This document shows positions 48,729 to 58,712 of a DNA stretch of 64,000 nucleotides, piece by piece. Position 1 is the first letter of the stretch, and every line of letters starts with the position of its first letter. The notes under the pieces were generated by a model. That model ran no database searches. It saw only the letters and a list, made by a program, of their open reading frames with translations, and was not told the origin of the DNA. Source of the stretch: a bacterium (GTDB lineage: Bacteria; Krumholzibacteriota; Krumholzibacteriia; LZORAL124-64-63); assembly GCA_014730255.1 (NCBI GenBank), contig WJIQ01000136.1, forward strand, positions 1-64,000. Direction: 5' to 3'. Position numbers and translations under genes: made by a program.

Positions 48729-50072
48729 ATGCCGACCCACCGACCTTCGCGATCCGCCCGTCCACTCGCCCGCCGTGCCGCGCTCGCCGTGAGCTGCCTC
48801 GCGCTGGCCGTCCTCGGCGCGTCGGCCGGCGCGGACACGATCGAGACCATCAGCTTCGAGAGCCGTTCGCTGGACGAGGTACGCTGGATCCAGGTGGTCC
48901 TGCCGGACGGCTACGATCCAGAGCGACCCGGCGGCTACCCGGTCTACTACTTCCTGCACGGCGCGGGGTCGGATCACACGTCCTACGGCATCGTGCGGGA
49001 CGTCCTGAACGGCGAGATCGCGACCGGTCACGTGGAGCCGGCCATCCTGGTCAAGCCGGACGACAGCGGCTGCCCCTGGGGGCAGTTCACCGGGTGCAAC
49101 TGGACCAACTCGCCGGACCTGCAGGGAATGCACGAGGACTATGTCGTCGAGGACGTGATCACCGAGATCGAGAGCCGCTACCACACCGCGCCGGGTGCCG
49201 CCGGCCGGGTGATCCTGGGCCACTCGATGGGCGGCTTCGGGGCGATGCACATCGCCCTGCGCCATCCGGACGTCTTCGCCGGCGTGGCCTCGCACAGCGG
49301 CTACCTGTCCTTCGCCGGGCTCGCGGAGCTGCACGTGCCCCGCATCATCGCCGAGCACGGCGGTAGCGGCCCCTGGCAGTGGACGCCGGACGCGGGGATG
49401 ATCAGCGCGCTGTGGTTCCTGATGGCCGGGGCCTTCTCGCCCGATCCGAATGCGTCCCCGTTGCCGGTCGATTTCCCGCTCTCGCCGGCCGGGACCGTCC
49501 GCCCCTTCGTCTTCGCGCGCTGGTTCGATCACGATCCGGTCACCCTGGCGCAGGCCCTCTCGCCGCAGGATGCACCGGCGATCTACTTCGATTGCGGAAC
49601 CAGCGACGAGTTCGATTTCCACCCGCTGAACGAGGCCTTCGCGGTGGCCCTGGACGACCGGGAGATCCCCCACACCTGGCGATCCTTCGACGGCGCCCAC
49701 GGCGACCGGCTGGCGGAGCGCCTGGTGACGTCGCTACGGTTCCTGGACACGGCCATGCTCCACGAGGCGGTCGCCAGTCCGGAGCCCGTGGCTCCATCGA
49801 CGCTCACCCTCCAGGCGGCGCCGAGCCCGTTCAATCCGCGGACGACCATCCGGTTCGAGATGCCCGTCGCCGGACATGCCGGGATCGTCGTCTACGATCT
49901 GCGGGGTTCGCCGGTCGAGGTCCTCGTGGATGACGTGATGCCGCCGGGACCACACGCGGTGGACTGGGACGGCACCGACACGAACGGACGTGCGGTTCCG
50001 TCGGGGCACTACCTCGTGCGGCTCGAGACCGCGGACGGGATGGCCATGAGGAAGGTGGCCCTGATCCGCTGA
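48729..50072 (+). CDS. secreted esterase (putative esterase / enterochelin-esterase-like alpha/beta hydrolase) with C-terminal FlgD-Ig/T9SS-type sorting domain
   Basis: Start MPTHRPSRSARPLARRAALAVSCLALAVLGASAGA; GHSMGG nucleophile elbow; C-terminus APSPFNPRTTIRFEMPVAGHAGIVVYDLRGSPVEVLVD...HYLVRL...VALIR. Confidence 0.8.
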   Translation: MPTHRPSRSARPLARRAALAVSCLALAVLGASAGADTIETISFESRSLDEVRWIQVVLPDGYDPERPGGYPVYYFLHGAGSDHTSYGIVRDVLNGEIATGHVEPAILVKPDDSGCPWGQFTGCNWTNSPDLQGMHEDYVVEDVITEIESRYHTAPGAAGRVILGHSMGGFGAMHIALRHPDVFAGVASHSGYLSFAGLAELHVPRIIAEHGGSGPWQWTPDAGMISALWFLMAGAFSPDPNASPLPVDFPLSPAGTVRPFVFARWFDHDPVTLAQALSPQDAPAIYFDCGTSDEFDFHPLNEAFAVALDDREIPHTWRSFDGAHGDRLAERLVTSLRFLDTAMLHEAVASPEPVAPSTLTLQAAPSPFNPRTTIRFEMPVAGHAGIVVYDLRGSPVEVLVDDVMPPGPHAVDWDGTDTNGRAVPSGHYLVRLETADGMAMRKVALIR

Positions 50073-50103
50073 CGCGGTCCGCCGGTCGGCCAGGGCCCGC
50101 CGG

Positions 50104-53100
50104 TCACTTGACGAGGGTCATCCGCCCCATCTCCACGACGCCCCCCGCCACCAGCCGGTAGACGTACGTCCCCGACGGCAGCGAGCGCCCGCGCCCGTCG
50201 ACCCCGTCGAAGGCGACGCGGTGATGGCCCGCGTCCAGCGCTCCGTCGACCAGCGTGCGCACGAGCCGTCCGCGCACGTCATGGACGGTCAGGCGAGCGT
50301 GACCGGCGCGCGGCAGGCTGAAGGCCAGCGTCGTGCGCGGGTTGAACGGGTTCGGCGACGCCGCGGCCAGCGTGACCACCCCGGGCACGTCCGCCTCGCT
50401 CGCGGTGTCGACCAGCAGGCTGACCGGCACCACCACGGGCGCGCCGCCACTGGAGTAGACCACGATCTCGGCGGTGTAGGTGCCCGTCCCGAGCCCGGTC
50501 GCATCGAACGCGACCGTGACCTCGCTGGTCTCGCCGGCCGGCGTCTGGCCGGCCTCCAAGGCGAGGTCCAGCCACCCGATGTCGGCCTGGATCGTGAACG
50601 CGCCGTCGCTGACGTCGCTCACCAGCACGTCCTGGGCGTCGACCACCCGGACGCGGCACTGATCGCTGGCCGGCCCGGTGACCTCCCAGGCGAAGCTGCC
50701 GAGCGCGGCGTCGAGGTCGCTGGCCACCGTCTGCCAGCCGTCGCCGCGGTCGAGCTGCAGATCGATCCCGGTCACGCCGCCGTCAGCCGTCCAGAGGAAG
50801 GTGCGCGGCTCGCCGATGGACCAGACCTCGCCACCATTGGGTGCGACCACGGTGACGGTGCGATCGCGGTCGAGGCCGCCATCGGCCGACTTGCCCGGGC
50901 GGGATTCGCGCACCGCGAGCTGCCAGTGCAGTTCGGAGCCCGCCGCGCCCGTGCTGCTGATCGCGAGCACGCGCTCGGTCGACGCGCCCGGTGCGACCGT
51001 CACCGCCAGGCTGCCCGGCGAGACGTCGAGGCTCGCGGCCGCTGCCGGCGGCGTCGGCACGAAGGCGATCGCCCGGCCCGCCGTCAGCGTGCGCGCCCCA
51101 CTGGCGTAGCGGTTGTAGTAGGTGTAGGTCAGACCGTCCTGACCGTCCTGGATGCCGACCGTGGCGTAGCCGCGGGTGTAGTCGTTGTTGGCGACCTGGT
51201 CGTACTGGTAGACGATCAGGCCGTCGCCCGTCGCGGTCTGGTGCACGGCGGGATCGTGCAGGATCAGCTGGCAGTTCTGCTGGCCGTTGTGCCGGTTACG
51301 CATGCGGCTCCACTGCACGACGTACACGCCGTCCTCGACGTCGTGATGATGATAGACGCGGCCGCTGCCGTACTGCCACAGATCGTCCCAGAACACGGCC
51401 AGCAGCACGTCCGGCGAGCCGGCCGCCGGCAGGGCCCAGTTGCGCCAGTGCACGAGGTAGGTGTGCCCGAGCGAGACCCAGCCGTTGGAGCAGATCGAGA
51501 TGCGGTCGTAGTCGCGGCCGCGGTAGCGGAAGGTGAACGGCAGGTCCACCGTGCGCGTGTCGTCCTCCTCGTAGGCATAGTCGTCGAGGCCGACGCTGGT
51601 CCCCGGTCCACCGTGGGAGGGGTCGATCTCGCGCCAGGCGTAGACCGGCGCGTCGGGCGAGGGGTCCTGGTCGTCCCAGGCCAGGTAGCCCATGGTGCCC
51701 GGACCGAGGGGGCTGTCGTCGTTCGCGCCGGCGGTGGTCAGGCTCAGCTCCAGGACCTGCCGGGTGCCGTTCGCCGTGGTGACGGTCACGGTGCAGGCGG
51801 CGAGGTGGCCGCCCCACGCGGCCTCGGCCACGGCCAGGGGCCACGATGCCGAGGCGAGCGCGCCCGGCGCCACGTCGCCGAGATCGACCGTCACCGGCCC
51901 GGCCGGCAGCAGGAACGGGCTGGTGCTCGCGAACTCGGCCACCGCGCCGACCGCGCCGCTCGAGCCGTCGTTGCGCAGCTGCACCGCGAGATCGACCGTC
52001 TGTCCGGCCTGACCCGACCAGGCGCTCGAGACGAGCCGGAACGCCGGCGCCGCGATGGGCAGGCGCGCCTGCGAGGTCCACGCGCCGTCGCCCCCCTGGG
52101 CGATCACGTCGAGACGGACGTCGCGGCCGTCGGGCAGGTCGCCCGGCAGGGTCAGCGTCCAGGCCGCCGCGGTCACGGTCGCGCCGGGGCCGATGGTCCC
52201 GACCGCGACGGGCGCGCCGGCGACCGCGACACCGTCGGTGCGCGCAGCGACGTCCACGGTCACCCCGGCCACCGCCGTCTCGCCCAGGTTGGTGATCTGC
52301 AGCGAGAGCTCGCCGCTCTCGCCCGGGTCGGGCATGCCGTCCTGGCCGTCGCTCCAGAGCCAACCGCTCGCCGTGCAGTAGGCATCGACCGCGCCGACCT
52401 GCAGCTCGCCGCGGTGAGGCATGAGGTCATCGCCGGTCACGGTGATCGCCAGCGGACCGGGCGCGAGGTCGGTCGGTACGGACAGGCGGACCTGACCGGC
52501 CTGGTCGGTCCAGCCGGTCGTCTGCACCATGCCCTCGCGCCACACGGTGACCCGGGTGTCCGCGAGGGGCGATCCGCTCCGGCGGACGCTCACCGGCACC
52601 GTGTCCGCACCGGGCGGCAGCAGGGCCGGATAGTCGACGCTCGGCGCGACGGGCAGGGCCTGGCGCATCTCCGTCGCCGGATCGCCCATCAGGTTGTTCC
52701 AGGTCGACCAGATGGCGACGATGTCCGGCTCCGGCTCCTGGTACTGGCGGTACAGCTCGATCTTGCCGCGCGTGTGGGCATAGCCGAGGGTGCGGTCCGG
52801 CTCGTTCAGCGCACCCTCCCAGGCGCCGTGGAAGTAGCAGTTGTTGTAGCGCGTGTGCGTGCCGATGGTCGCGGTGCCGACCGCTCCGATGGCGCCGCCG
52901 TCCGGGTTGCGCAGCATGGCCTCGCTGTAGGTGTGCGGGCTCTCGAAGCTGCCCGAGGCGCAGGTGGGCATGATGGCGAACGGCAGCTCGCCCTGGTTGC
53001 TCAGGTTGTCGATGTACGTGGTGCTGAAGCCGCTGCAGCCGAGGTAGCCGCGGTAGGCGTAGACCGAGGCGCCGGCGTTCAGCTTCTCGAAGATCCGGCT

Positions 53101-54096
53101 CGCGAACGGTGCGCTCCAGATGGTGTCGACCTGGGTGTACGCGAGATCGAGCAGCTGCTGCTTGAGCCACTGGTTGACGTAGATCGTGGTGTCGCCGGAC
53201 GACGAGGGATCGCCGACGAGCACCCCGCGCGTGAACCAGCCGGGGTCGCCGAACGTGTCGGGCGCACGCTCGTAGCCGAGGATCTTGGCCACGATGCCCT
53301 CCAGCTCGCCGATCGAGCGGGCGCTGAGGCGTCCGATGTGCACGTCCGAGAGCACGTCGTCGCCGTCGAGCCGGGTGTACTCGTGGTCGCCCTCGCCGTA
53401 GTAGCCGGAGATGGACTCGCGCCAGGTGGCCACGCTCACCCCGCCGGTGGCGTCACCGACGAGGACGACGTGCGCGAGCGGCGCCTCGGCCGTGTCGTAG
53501 ACCTGCTGGATGTGGCTCTTGATCTGCGTGTTGGTGCCGCCGATCGCGGCCGTGGAGACCACCTCGACGGCGTAGCCCTGCCGGCGGCGCCACTCGGCCA
53601 GGGGCGCGATCGCCTCCTGCGTGCCCGCGGCCGAGGAGCAGATCATCAGGTACGTGCCGGGAACCTCGTCGTACTCCGCGCGGACGGCCGCGCCGCCGAG
53701 GGCCACGCTCGCGAGCATGTTGCCGAACGAGCGGGCGATGGTCGTCCGCGCCGGCGGCGCGGTGGCGGCCGGCGTGAAGGCCAGGTCGACCGTGCGCGCG
53801 GCGGGGCCATCACCATCGATGGTGACCGGCGCGACCTGCATCCCGTGCATGATCGCGGGCTCGCCCAGGGCGACGCCCGATGCCTCGCCGGCCAGATGCG
53901 CGGACATGCCCGGCGGGATCGCGACCAGCCCCTGCCACGAGGCGCCGTCTCCGGGCATGGTGACGTCGAGGCGCACGCCGACGTCGGTCCCGGTGGCCAC
54001 CGCCGGTTGCGGCGCCCGCGCGAGCGAGGTCACGGGGACGGTGGCGAGAACGGCGAGCAGGGTGGCGAGGAGCGGGAGCGGGGCACGGCGGCGCAT
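50104..54096 (-). CDS. secreted gingipain-like cysteine peptidase (C25 family) with Ig-like domains and C-terminal FlgD-Ig/T9SS-type sorting domain
   Basis: Start MRRRAPLPLLATLLAVLATVPVTSLA (AGGAGG RBS) within ORF 50104..54177; C25 catalytic region HVVLVGDATGGVS...YRGYLGCSGF...MPTCASGSFESPH; C-terminus SPNPFNPRTTLAFSLPRAGHARLTVHDVRGRLVRTLVD...GTYVYRL...MTLVK. Confidence 0.85.
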   Translation of the reverse strand: MRRRAPLPLLATLLAVLATVPVTSLARAPQPAVATGTDVGVRLDVTMPGDGASWQGLVAIPPGMSAHLAGEASGVALGEPAIMHGMQVAPVTIDGDGPAARTVDLAFTPAATAPPARTTIARSFGNMLASVALGGAAVRAEYDEVPGTYLMICSSAAGTQEAIAPLAEWRRRQGYAVEVVSTAAIGGTNTQIKSHIQQVYDTAEAPLAHVVLVGDATGGVSVATWRESISGYYGEGDHEYTRLDGDDVLSDVHIGRLSARSIGELEGIVAKILGYERAPDTFGDPGWFTRGVLVGDPSSSGDTTIYVNQWLKQQLLDLAYTQVDTIWSAPFASRIFEKLNAGASVYAYRGYLGCSGFSTTYIDNLSNQGELPFAIMPTCASGSFESPHTYSEAMLRNPDGGAIGAVGTATIGTHTRYNNCYFHGAWEGALNEPDRTLGYAHTRGKIELYRQYQEPEPDIVAIWSTWNNLMGDPATEMRQALPVAPSVDYPALLPPGADTVPVSVRRSGSPLADTRVTVWREGMVQTTGWTDQAGQVRLSVPTDLAPGPLAITVTGDDLMPHRGELQVGAVDAYCTASGWLWSDGQDGMPDPGESGELSLQITNLGETAVAGVTVDVAARTDGVAVAGAPVAVGTIGPGATVTAAAWTLTLPGDLPDGRDVRLDVIAQGGDGAWTSQARLPIAAPAFRLVSSAWSGQAGQTVDLAVQLRNDGSSGAVGAVAEFASTSPFLLPAGPVTVDLGDVAPGALASASWPLAVAEAAWGGHLAACTVTVTTANGTRQVLELSLTTAGANDDSPLGPGTMGYLAWDDQDPSPDAPVYAWREIDPSHGGPGTSVGLDDYAYEEDDTRTVDLPFTFRYRGRDYDRISICSNGWVSLGHTYLVHWRNWALPAAGSPDVLLAVFWDDLWQYGSGRVYHHHDVEDGVYVVQWSRMRNRHNGQQNCQLILHDPAVHQTATGDGLIVYQYDQVANNDYTRGYATVGIQDGQDGLTYTYYNRYASGARTLTAGRAIAFVPTPPAAAASLDVSPGSLAVTVAPGASTERVLAISSTGAAGSELHWQLAVRESRPGKSADGGLDRDRTVTVVAPNGGEVWSIGEPRTFLWTADGGVTGIDLQLDRGDGWQTVASDLDAALGSFAWEVTGPASDQCRVRVVDAQDVLVSDVSDGAFTIQADIGWLDLALEAGQTPAGETSEVTVAFDATGLGTGTYTAEIVVYSSGGAPVVVPVSLLVDTASEADVPGVVTLAAASPNPFNPRTTLAFSLPRAGHARLTVHDVRGRLVRTLVDGALDAGHHRVAFDGVDGRGRSLPSGTYVYRLVAGGVVEMGRMTLVK

Positions 54097-54235
54097 GGAT
54101 TCCTCCTGGCGGGGTGTGGCGGTGTGTAAGGGTTCATTGTACCGCATCATGGGCTGGGACAGGAGATGAAGTTCCACGCGAAGAGCCCGCCGGCCTTCTG
54201 GCCGGCGGGCTAGCGTCGACGGCCCCGGCCGGCCG

Positions 54236-57142
54236 TCAGCGGCCGTCGCCCGCGGCGACGAAGGCGGCCCAGACCGCAGGATGCGCCACGGGCACGCCGC
54301 CCGACGTGACCGCCGGCGAGGTCGCCAGGGAACGCCGGGTCGCGGTCAGGGCGGCCGCCCGCGAGGCGTGCGGATCGCCGACCAGGCGGGCGTGGTAGTC
54401 ACCCATGAACCGGGCCGCGCCCTCGCCCCCCACGTCCCACAGGGCGGCGACCACGCTGCGGGCTCCGGCGTAGAGGAAGCCGTGGACGAAGCCCACGAGC
54501 CCCTCCCCGTCGATCGACTCGCCGAGCGCCGACGAGCACGCCGAGAGCACCACCTGCTCGCACGGCAGATCCAGGGCGAAGATCTCGGCCACGTCCACGA
54601 AGCCGTCGTCGCCGTCGGTCGGCGCCAGGACGAGGCCGGAGTAGCGCGGACGGTCCTCGTTGAACACGCCGTGCGTGATCAGATGCACCGATCGCCAGGC
54701 GCCCCCGCGCGGCTCGGTCGCCAGCTTCCCGGCGGTCGCCGCCGCGCCCGCCCACCAGCGCGCCTGGCGCCCGTAGAGCGCGACCAGGCGATCCTGCTCC
54801 GCCCGCGCCGCGGGCACGGGCTCCAGCGCGTCGGCCCCGGCCACTCGCACGAAGACGCTGGCGCGGGCGGGATCGGGCATGGCCGGGTCGGCGAGCATCA
54901 GCAGCGGCGAGGCGTCGCGAGGCACCGGCTCGAGCGCCCGCAGGCGCGCCAGCGCGCTGGCCGACGGGGTGCGCACGACCTCGGTCGCCACCGCGAGCCA
55001 GGGCAGTTCGTGGTAGCGGCCATCCGACGTGTCGTCCAGCGGCAGGGCGGCCAGCGGCACGTAGTGCAGCGCGCCGTCGGGCACGACGATCAAGCGCTCG
55101 ACGTCCTCGAGGACGGGCCCGAGAGGGTCGAGGATCGCCTGCGCCAGCGCCCGCGCCGGATCCGCGTACCAGGCCGCAGCCGCGCCGGTCAGGGAAGGGT
55201 CGTGGAGCAACGGTCGCAGATCGGCCACCAGCCGCTCGATCTCCGCGCGGGCGGGCAACCGGTGGAACTCGAAGCGATCGTCGGCGATGAGCCAGACGTG
55301 CGACTGGCGCTCGCCGAGCTGGTACTCGAGCAGCGCCTCCCCCGGTGCGAGCACCTCGTCACGCAGAGTTACGAGGTCGATGGGCGCGGGGTAGCGCAGC
55401 TCGGCGTAGCGCGGGTCGGCCCGGCGCAGTTCGGCCTCGAGGACGGTGAGCCGGGACTCCAGACGCCGGATCTCCGCGGCGAGGGCGTCGGCGCTGTCCG
55501 GCGCGGCCTGGCGGCGCTCCTCCAGGCTGGCGATGCCCGCGAGCACGGCCTCTTCCCGCTCCCGGAACGACCGGTCGGCGCGCACGCGCAGATCCACCTC
55601 CGCCTCGGCCAGCAGGTCGAGCAGCGAGCGCGCACGGCCACGCTGGGCGATCTCCCACGCCCGCTCGCCGTGCCCACGGTCGGGGTCCCGCTCGTGACGC
55701 TCGTGGAGGACGGCCACCAGGGCGTCGAACGAGCGGCCGACCTGGCTGAAGTACCCGCGCTGGACCTCGGCCGACCCGCCGCTGCGGCGGCGGACCTGCT
55801 CCACGATGGCGATGGCCTCCTCGAGCAGGCGCTCGGCCCCGGCCAGGTCGCCGCGGCGGCGCGCCACCTCGGCCAGGCCCGACCGCGCCCATTCCTGGAC
55901 GTCGAAGTAGGCCAGCGGATCGGCCCGCGCGATCGCCTCGCGCAGGAGCGGTCCGGCCTCGTCGAGCCGGCCCTCGTCCAGGAGCGCGTACCCCTTGACC
56001 TCCAGGGCCTTGGCCGCGTCCATCGGCAGGCCGTATTCCTCGGCGTGCGCCAGGGCCCGGTCGAGGTCGTCGAGCCCGGTGGCGATGTCGCCGACGGCGC
56101 ACCGGCTCAACCCCAGCGCCAGCAGGATCGTGCTCTCGGTGCGCCGGTCGCCGGTCGCGCGGACCATCGCCAGCGCCTCCCCGTAGCGCGGCACCGCCTC
56201 GTCGTGGCGGCCCTGGAAGGCGAGGATCGAGGCCAGGTTGGTCAGGTACCAGCCGCGGCGGCGCGGGTCCGCGGTCAGGTCGGACGCCTCGCGGTACTGG
56301 GCGCGGGCGGCCTCGAGGTCGCCGATGAGGTAGAGGATGCCGGCCTGATCGCCGAGGCAGCCGGCCAGCACGCCCTGCCGTCCCGACTCGCGGGCCAGAC
56401 GCTCGGCGTGCTCGAGCCGGACCATGGCGCGGGTCAGCTCGCCGCGCATGGCGTGGGTGGTGCCGATGAAATGCAGCGCCTGGGCGCGACCGGCGGTGTC
56501 GTCCGCCTCGGTGTACAGCGCATAGGCACGCTCGCGCAGATCGAGCGCCGCGTCCAGGTCCATGCTCAGGCGAGCGACCACCGAACGGGCCAGCGTGGCG
56601 CTCGCCCGCCAGAGCACCGGCGCGAGCGGCGAGTCGGCGACGGCGTCCAGGTGGTCGGCCGCCGCGGCGACCTCGCGGGTCCGCAGCAGCACGCGCCCCA
56701 GGTCCAGGCGGCAACGCAGGGCGGTCAGCGGCTGGTCGAGCCGCTCGGCCAGCGGCAACGCCTCCTCCAGGAGCTCGCGCGCGGCGTCGGCCCGGTGAGC
56801 GGCCAGCTCGAGCGCGGCGCGGCGTTCCAGGGTCAGCAGCCGCATCGCCTCGTCGCCAGCTGCCACGGCCTCCTCGCCCAGCTCGACGTAGCGGGCCAGC
56901 GCGCCGTCCGGATCGGTGTCCTCGAGCTCGCGCAGCACGGCCAGATCGCCGCTGACCCAGCGCCAGCGCGGGGCCGCGTCCGCCGGAGCGGGCGCGGGCC
57001 GGTCGCCGGCAACCAGGGCGAGCCAGGCCCGCTCGCCGGGTCCGGGGTCGTTGGTCGGCGCAGCGCTGGCTGCGACCGCGAGCAGGGCGACGAGCGTCGC
57101 GGCCCACGCCAGGGGCGACATACCGGCGGGATGGCTTATCAT
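54236..57142 (-). CDS. TPR-repeat + CHAT-domain protein with signal peptide
   Basis: 968 aa; signal peptide, multiple TPR-like helical repeats, C-terminal CHAT (caspase-like) domain with HLITHGVF and LSACSSALG His/Cys dyad. Confidence 0.8.
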   Translation of the reverse strand: MISHPAGMSPLAWAATLVALLAVAASAAPTNDPGPGERAWLALVAGDRPAPAPADAAPRWRWVSGDLAVLRELEDTDPDGALARYVELGEEAVAAGDEAMRLLTLERRAALELAAHRADAARELLEEALPLAERLDQPLTALRCRLDLGRVLLRTREVAAAADHLDAVADSPLAPVLWRASATLARSVVARLSMDLDAALDLRERAYALYTEADDTAGRAQALHFIGTTHAMRGELTRAMVRLEHAERLARESGRQGVLAGCLGDQAGILYLIGDLEAARAQYREASDLTADPRRRGWYLTNLASILAFQGRHDEAVPRYGEALAMVRATGDRRTESTILLALGLSRCAVGDIATGLDDLDRALAHAEEYGLPMDAAKALEVKGYALLDEGRLDEAGPLLREAIARADPLAYFDVQEWARSGLAEVARRRGDLAGAERLLEEAIAIVEQVRRRSGGSAEVQRGYFSQVGRSFDALVAVLHERHERDPDRGHGERAWEIAQRGRARSLLDLLAEAEVDLRVRADRSFREREEAVLAGIASLEERRQAAPDSADALAAEIRRLESRLTVLEAELRRADPRYAELRYPAPIDLVTLRDEVLAPGEALLEYQLGERQSHVWLIADDRFEFHRLPARAEIERLVADLRPLLHDPSLTGAAAAWYADPARALAQAILDPLGPVLEDVERLIVVPDGALHYVPLAALPLDDTSDGRYHELPWLAVATEVVRTPSASALARLRALEPVPRDASPLLMLADPAMPDPARASVFVRVAGADALEPVPAARAEQDRLVALYGRQARWWAGAAATAGKLATEPRGGAWRSVHLITHGVFNEDRPRYSGLVLAPTDGDDGFVDVAEIFALDLPCEQVVLSACSSALGESIDGEGLVGFVHGFLYAGARSVVAALWDVGGEGAARFMGDYHARLVGDPHASRAAALTATRRSLATSPAVTSGGVPVAHPAVWAAFVAAGDGR

Positions 57143-57237
57143 GACGACCGGTGGACCTCCGGTTCGAGTACGATGGGAACCGACCGGACACAGTATGCGC
57201 CACCGTCGGGCGCATCACCACTTCCACGGAGCGCGAC

Positions 57238-57879
57238 GTGACCGACCCCCGCTCGCTCGAATCACCTGCGGAGTCGCTGGACGAGATCCGCGTCCGGGCG
57301 CTCGCCGGCGATCCGCGGGCGGAGACCGAGCTCTTCGCGCAGCTGCGCGTAAGATTCCTCTCCCTGGCGAAACGACGTGTGCAGCCGGACCACGCCGAGG
57401 ACGTGGTCCAGGAAGCGCTCGGGGTGGTCCTGCGGAAGTACCGCGACCTCGATCCCGACCGGGGCATCCTCGTCTGGAGTCTGACCGTGCTGCGCAACGT
57501 CATCGGCAATCACTACCAGGCCCGTCGTCGCGACACCGAGCAGACCACCCAGGTGGACGACTGGCACGCGGTGCCCGAGGCCTCGCTCGCCGACGACCCC
57601 GCCGATCCGCTGCTGGCCGAGGAGACGGCGCGGCGCCTCGAGGCGGCCATCGCCGAGCTGGCCCGCACCTCGCCGCGCTGCGGGCTGATCTTCGGCAAGC
57701 TGCTGGCCAGCCTCGAGGTGGGCGGCGGGCCCCGCGAGGTCAGCAGCCGGGCGCTCGCCATGGTCCAGCAGGAGCAGCCCGACCTCGCCCGCAACTCGTT
57801 CTACGTCGCGCTGCACCGCTGCCGCGCGCAGCTGCGGGCCCTGCTCGCCCGCGCCGACGGAAAGGCCGCTCATGCCTGA
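57238..57879 (+). CDS. ECF-family RNA polymerase sigma factor
   Basis: GTG start after GGAG within ORF 57151..57879 (ORF-track start would abut the divergent CHAT gene); sigma-70 region 2 (HAEDVVQEALGVVLRKY) and region 4 HTH. Confidence 0.7.
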   Translation: MTDPRSLESPAESLDEIRVRALAGDPRAETELFAQLRVRFLSLAKRRVQPDHAEDVVQEALGVVLRKYRDLDPDRGILVWSLTVLRNVIGNHYQARRRDTEQTTQVDDWHAVPEASLADDPADPLLAEETARRLEAAIAELARTSPRCGLIFGKLLASLEVGGGPREVSSRALAMVQQEQPDLARNSFYVALHRCRAQLRALLARADGKAAHA

Positions 57880-58627
57880 TCGCGACCGGGACCTGCTGGC
57901 CGCCTACGAGCTGAACCTCCTCACGCCCGAGGAGCGCGCACGGTTCGAGGCGGCGCTGGCCGACGACCCCGATCTCCTCGAGGACCTCTACGCCGCGGCA
58001 CCGGACACCGAGGCGCTGCTCGCCGATCCCGGCCGCTTCGCCGCCGCGGCCCGTCGAGCGCAGGCCGGCAGCGAGGCCGCGCGTCCACCGGGCTGGCGTC
58101 GGGTCGTCGAGCGGCTGCGCCCCCGCGTGCTCGCGCCGGTCGCCGTCGCCGCCGTGCTGGCGGTGATCGTGCTCTGGCCAGGCGGGCAGGACCTGCACGA
58201 GCTGGCCTCCGTCGAGCCCCTGCCGACGGTGCAGGTCTCGTTGCGGGCCGCCGCCCCGCAGGCCGATCGGCATTTCGAACGCGCCATGGTCCGCTACGCC
58301 GCCGGGTCCTGGTCGGACGCCGCGCGCGGGTTCGCCGGGGCGCTGGCCGCCGGCGGCCGGGACTGGCCGCGCCACGACCAGGCGCAGCTCTACCTCGGCA
58401 GCAGCCGCCTCCTCGACGGCGACGTCGCCGGGTCGCGGCCCCCGCTGGAGGCGGCATCCGGCTCGCCGCTGGCGCCGGTGCGCGACCGGGCGCAGTGGCT
58501 GCTCGCCCAGGGCCACCTCCTGGACGGCGACGCGCCGCGCGCCCGCGCGGTCCTGGCCGAGCTCGCGACGAGCCCCGTGTACGGCGATCGCGCCACCGAC
58601 CTGCTCGACGCCCTGCCGACCCCGTGA
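57872..58627 (+). CDS. anti-sigma factor (single TM, periplasmic helical-repeat domain)
   Basis: ATGA overlap with sigma stop; N-terminal LLAAYELNLLTPEERARFEAAL motif typical of anti-sigma N-domains; TM VAVAAVLAVIVLW. Confidence 0.65.
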   Translation: MPDRDRDLLAAYELNLLTPEERARFEAALADDPDLLEDLYAAAPDTEALLADPGRFAAAARRAQAGSEAARPPGWRRVVERLRPRVLAPVAVAAVLAVIVLWPGGQDLHELASVEPLPTVQVSLRAAAPQADRHFERAMVRYAAGSWSDAARGFAGALAAGGRDWPRHDQAQLYLGSSRLLDGDVAGSRPPLEAASGSPLAPVRDRAQWLLAQGHLLDGDAPRARAVLAELATSPVYGDRATDLLDALPTP

Positions 58628-58712
58628 GCGCTCGCGCCCGTTGATCTCTCGGACGACCGCTGATAGGATGGTGAGGCTCGCCTTCGGTCGACATCAGCCC
58701 GGGAGCCCCGCC

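Noticed and set aside
43982-48850. 1622-aa minus-strand ORF
   Set aside because: Only the last 390 aa (GTDC1-like glycosyltransferase) are real. The remainder is antisense to the S8/beta-helix peptidase gene.
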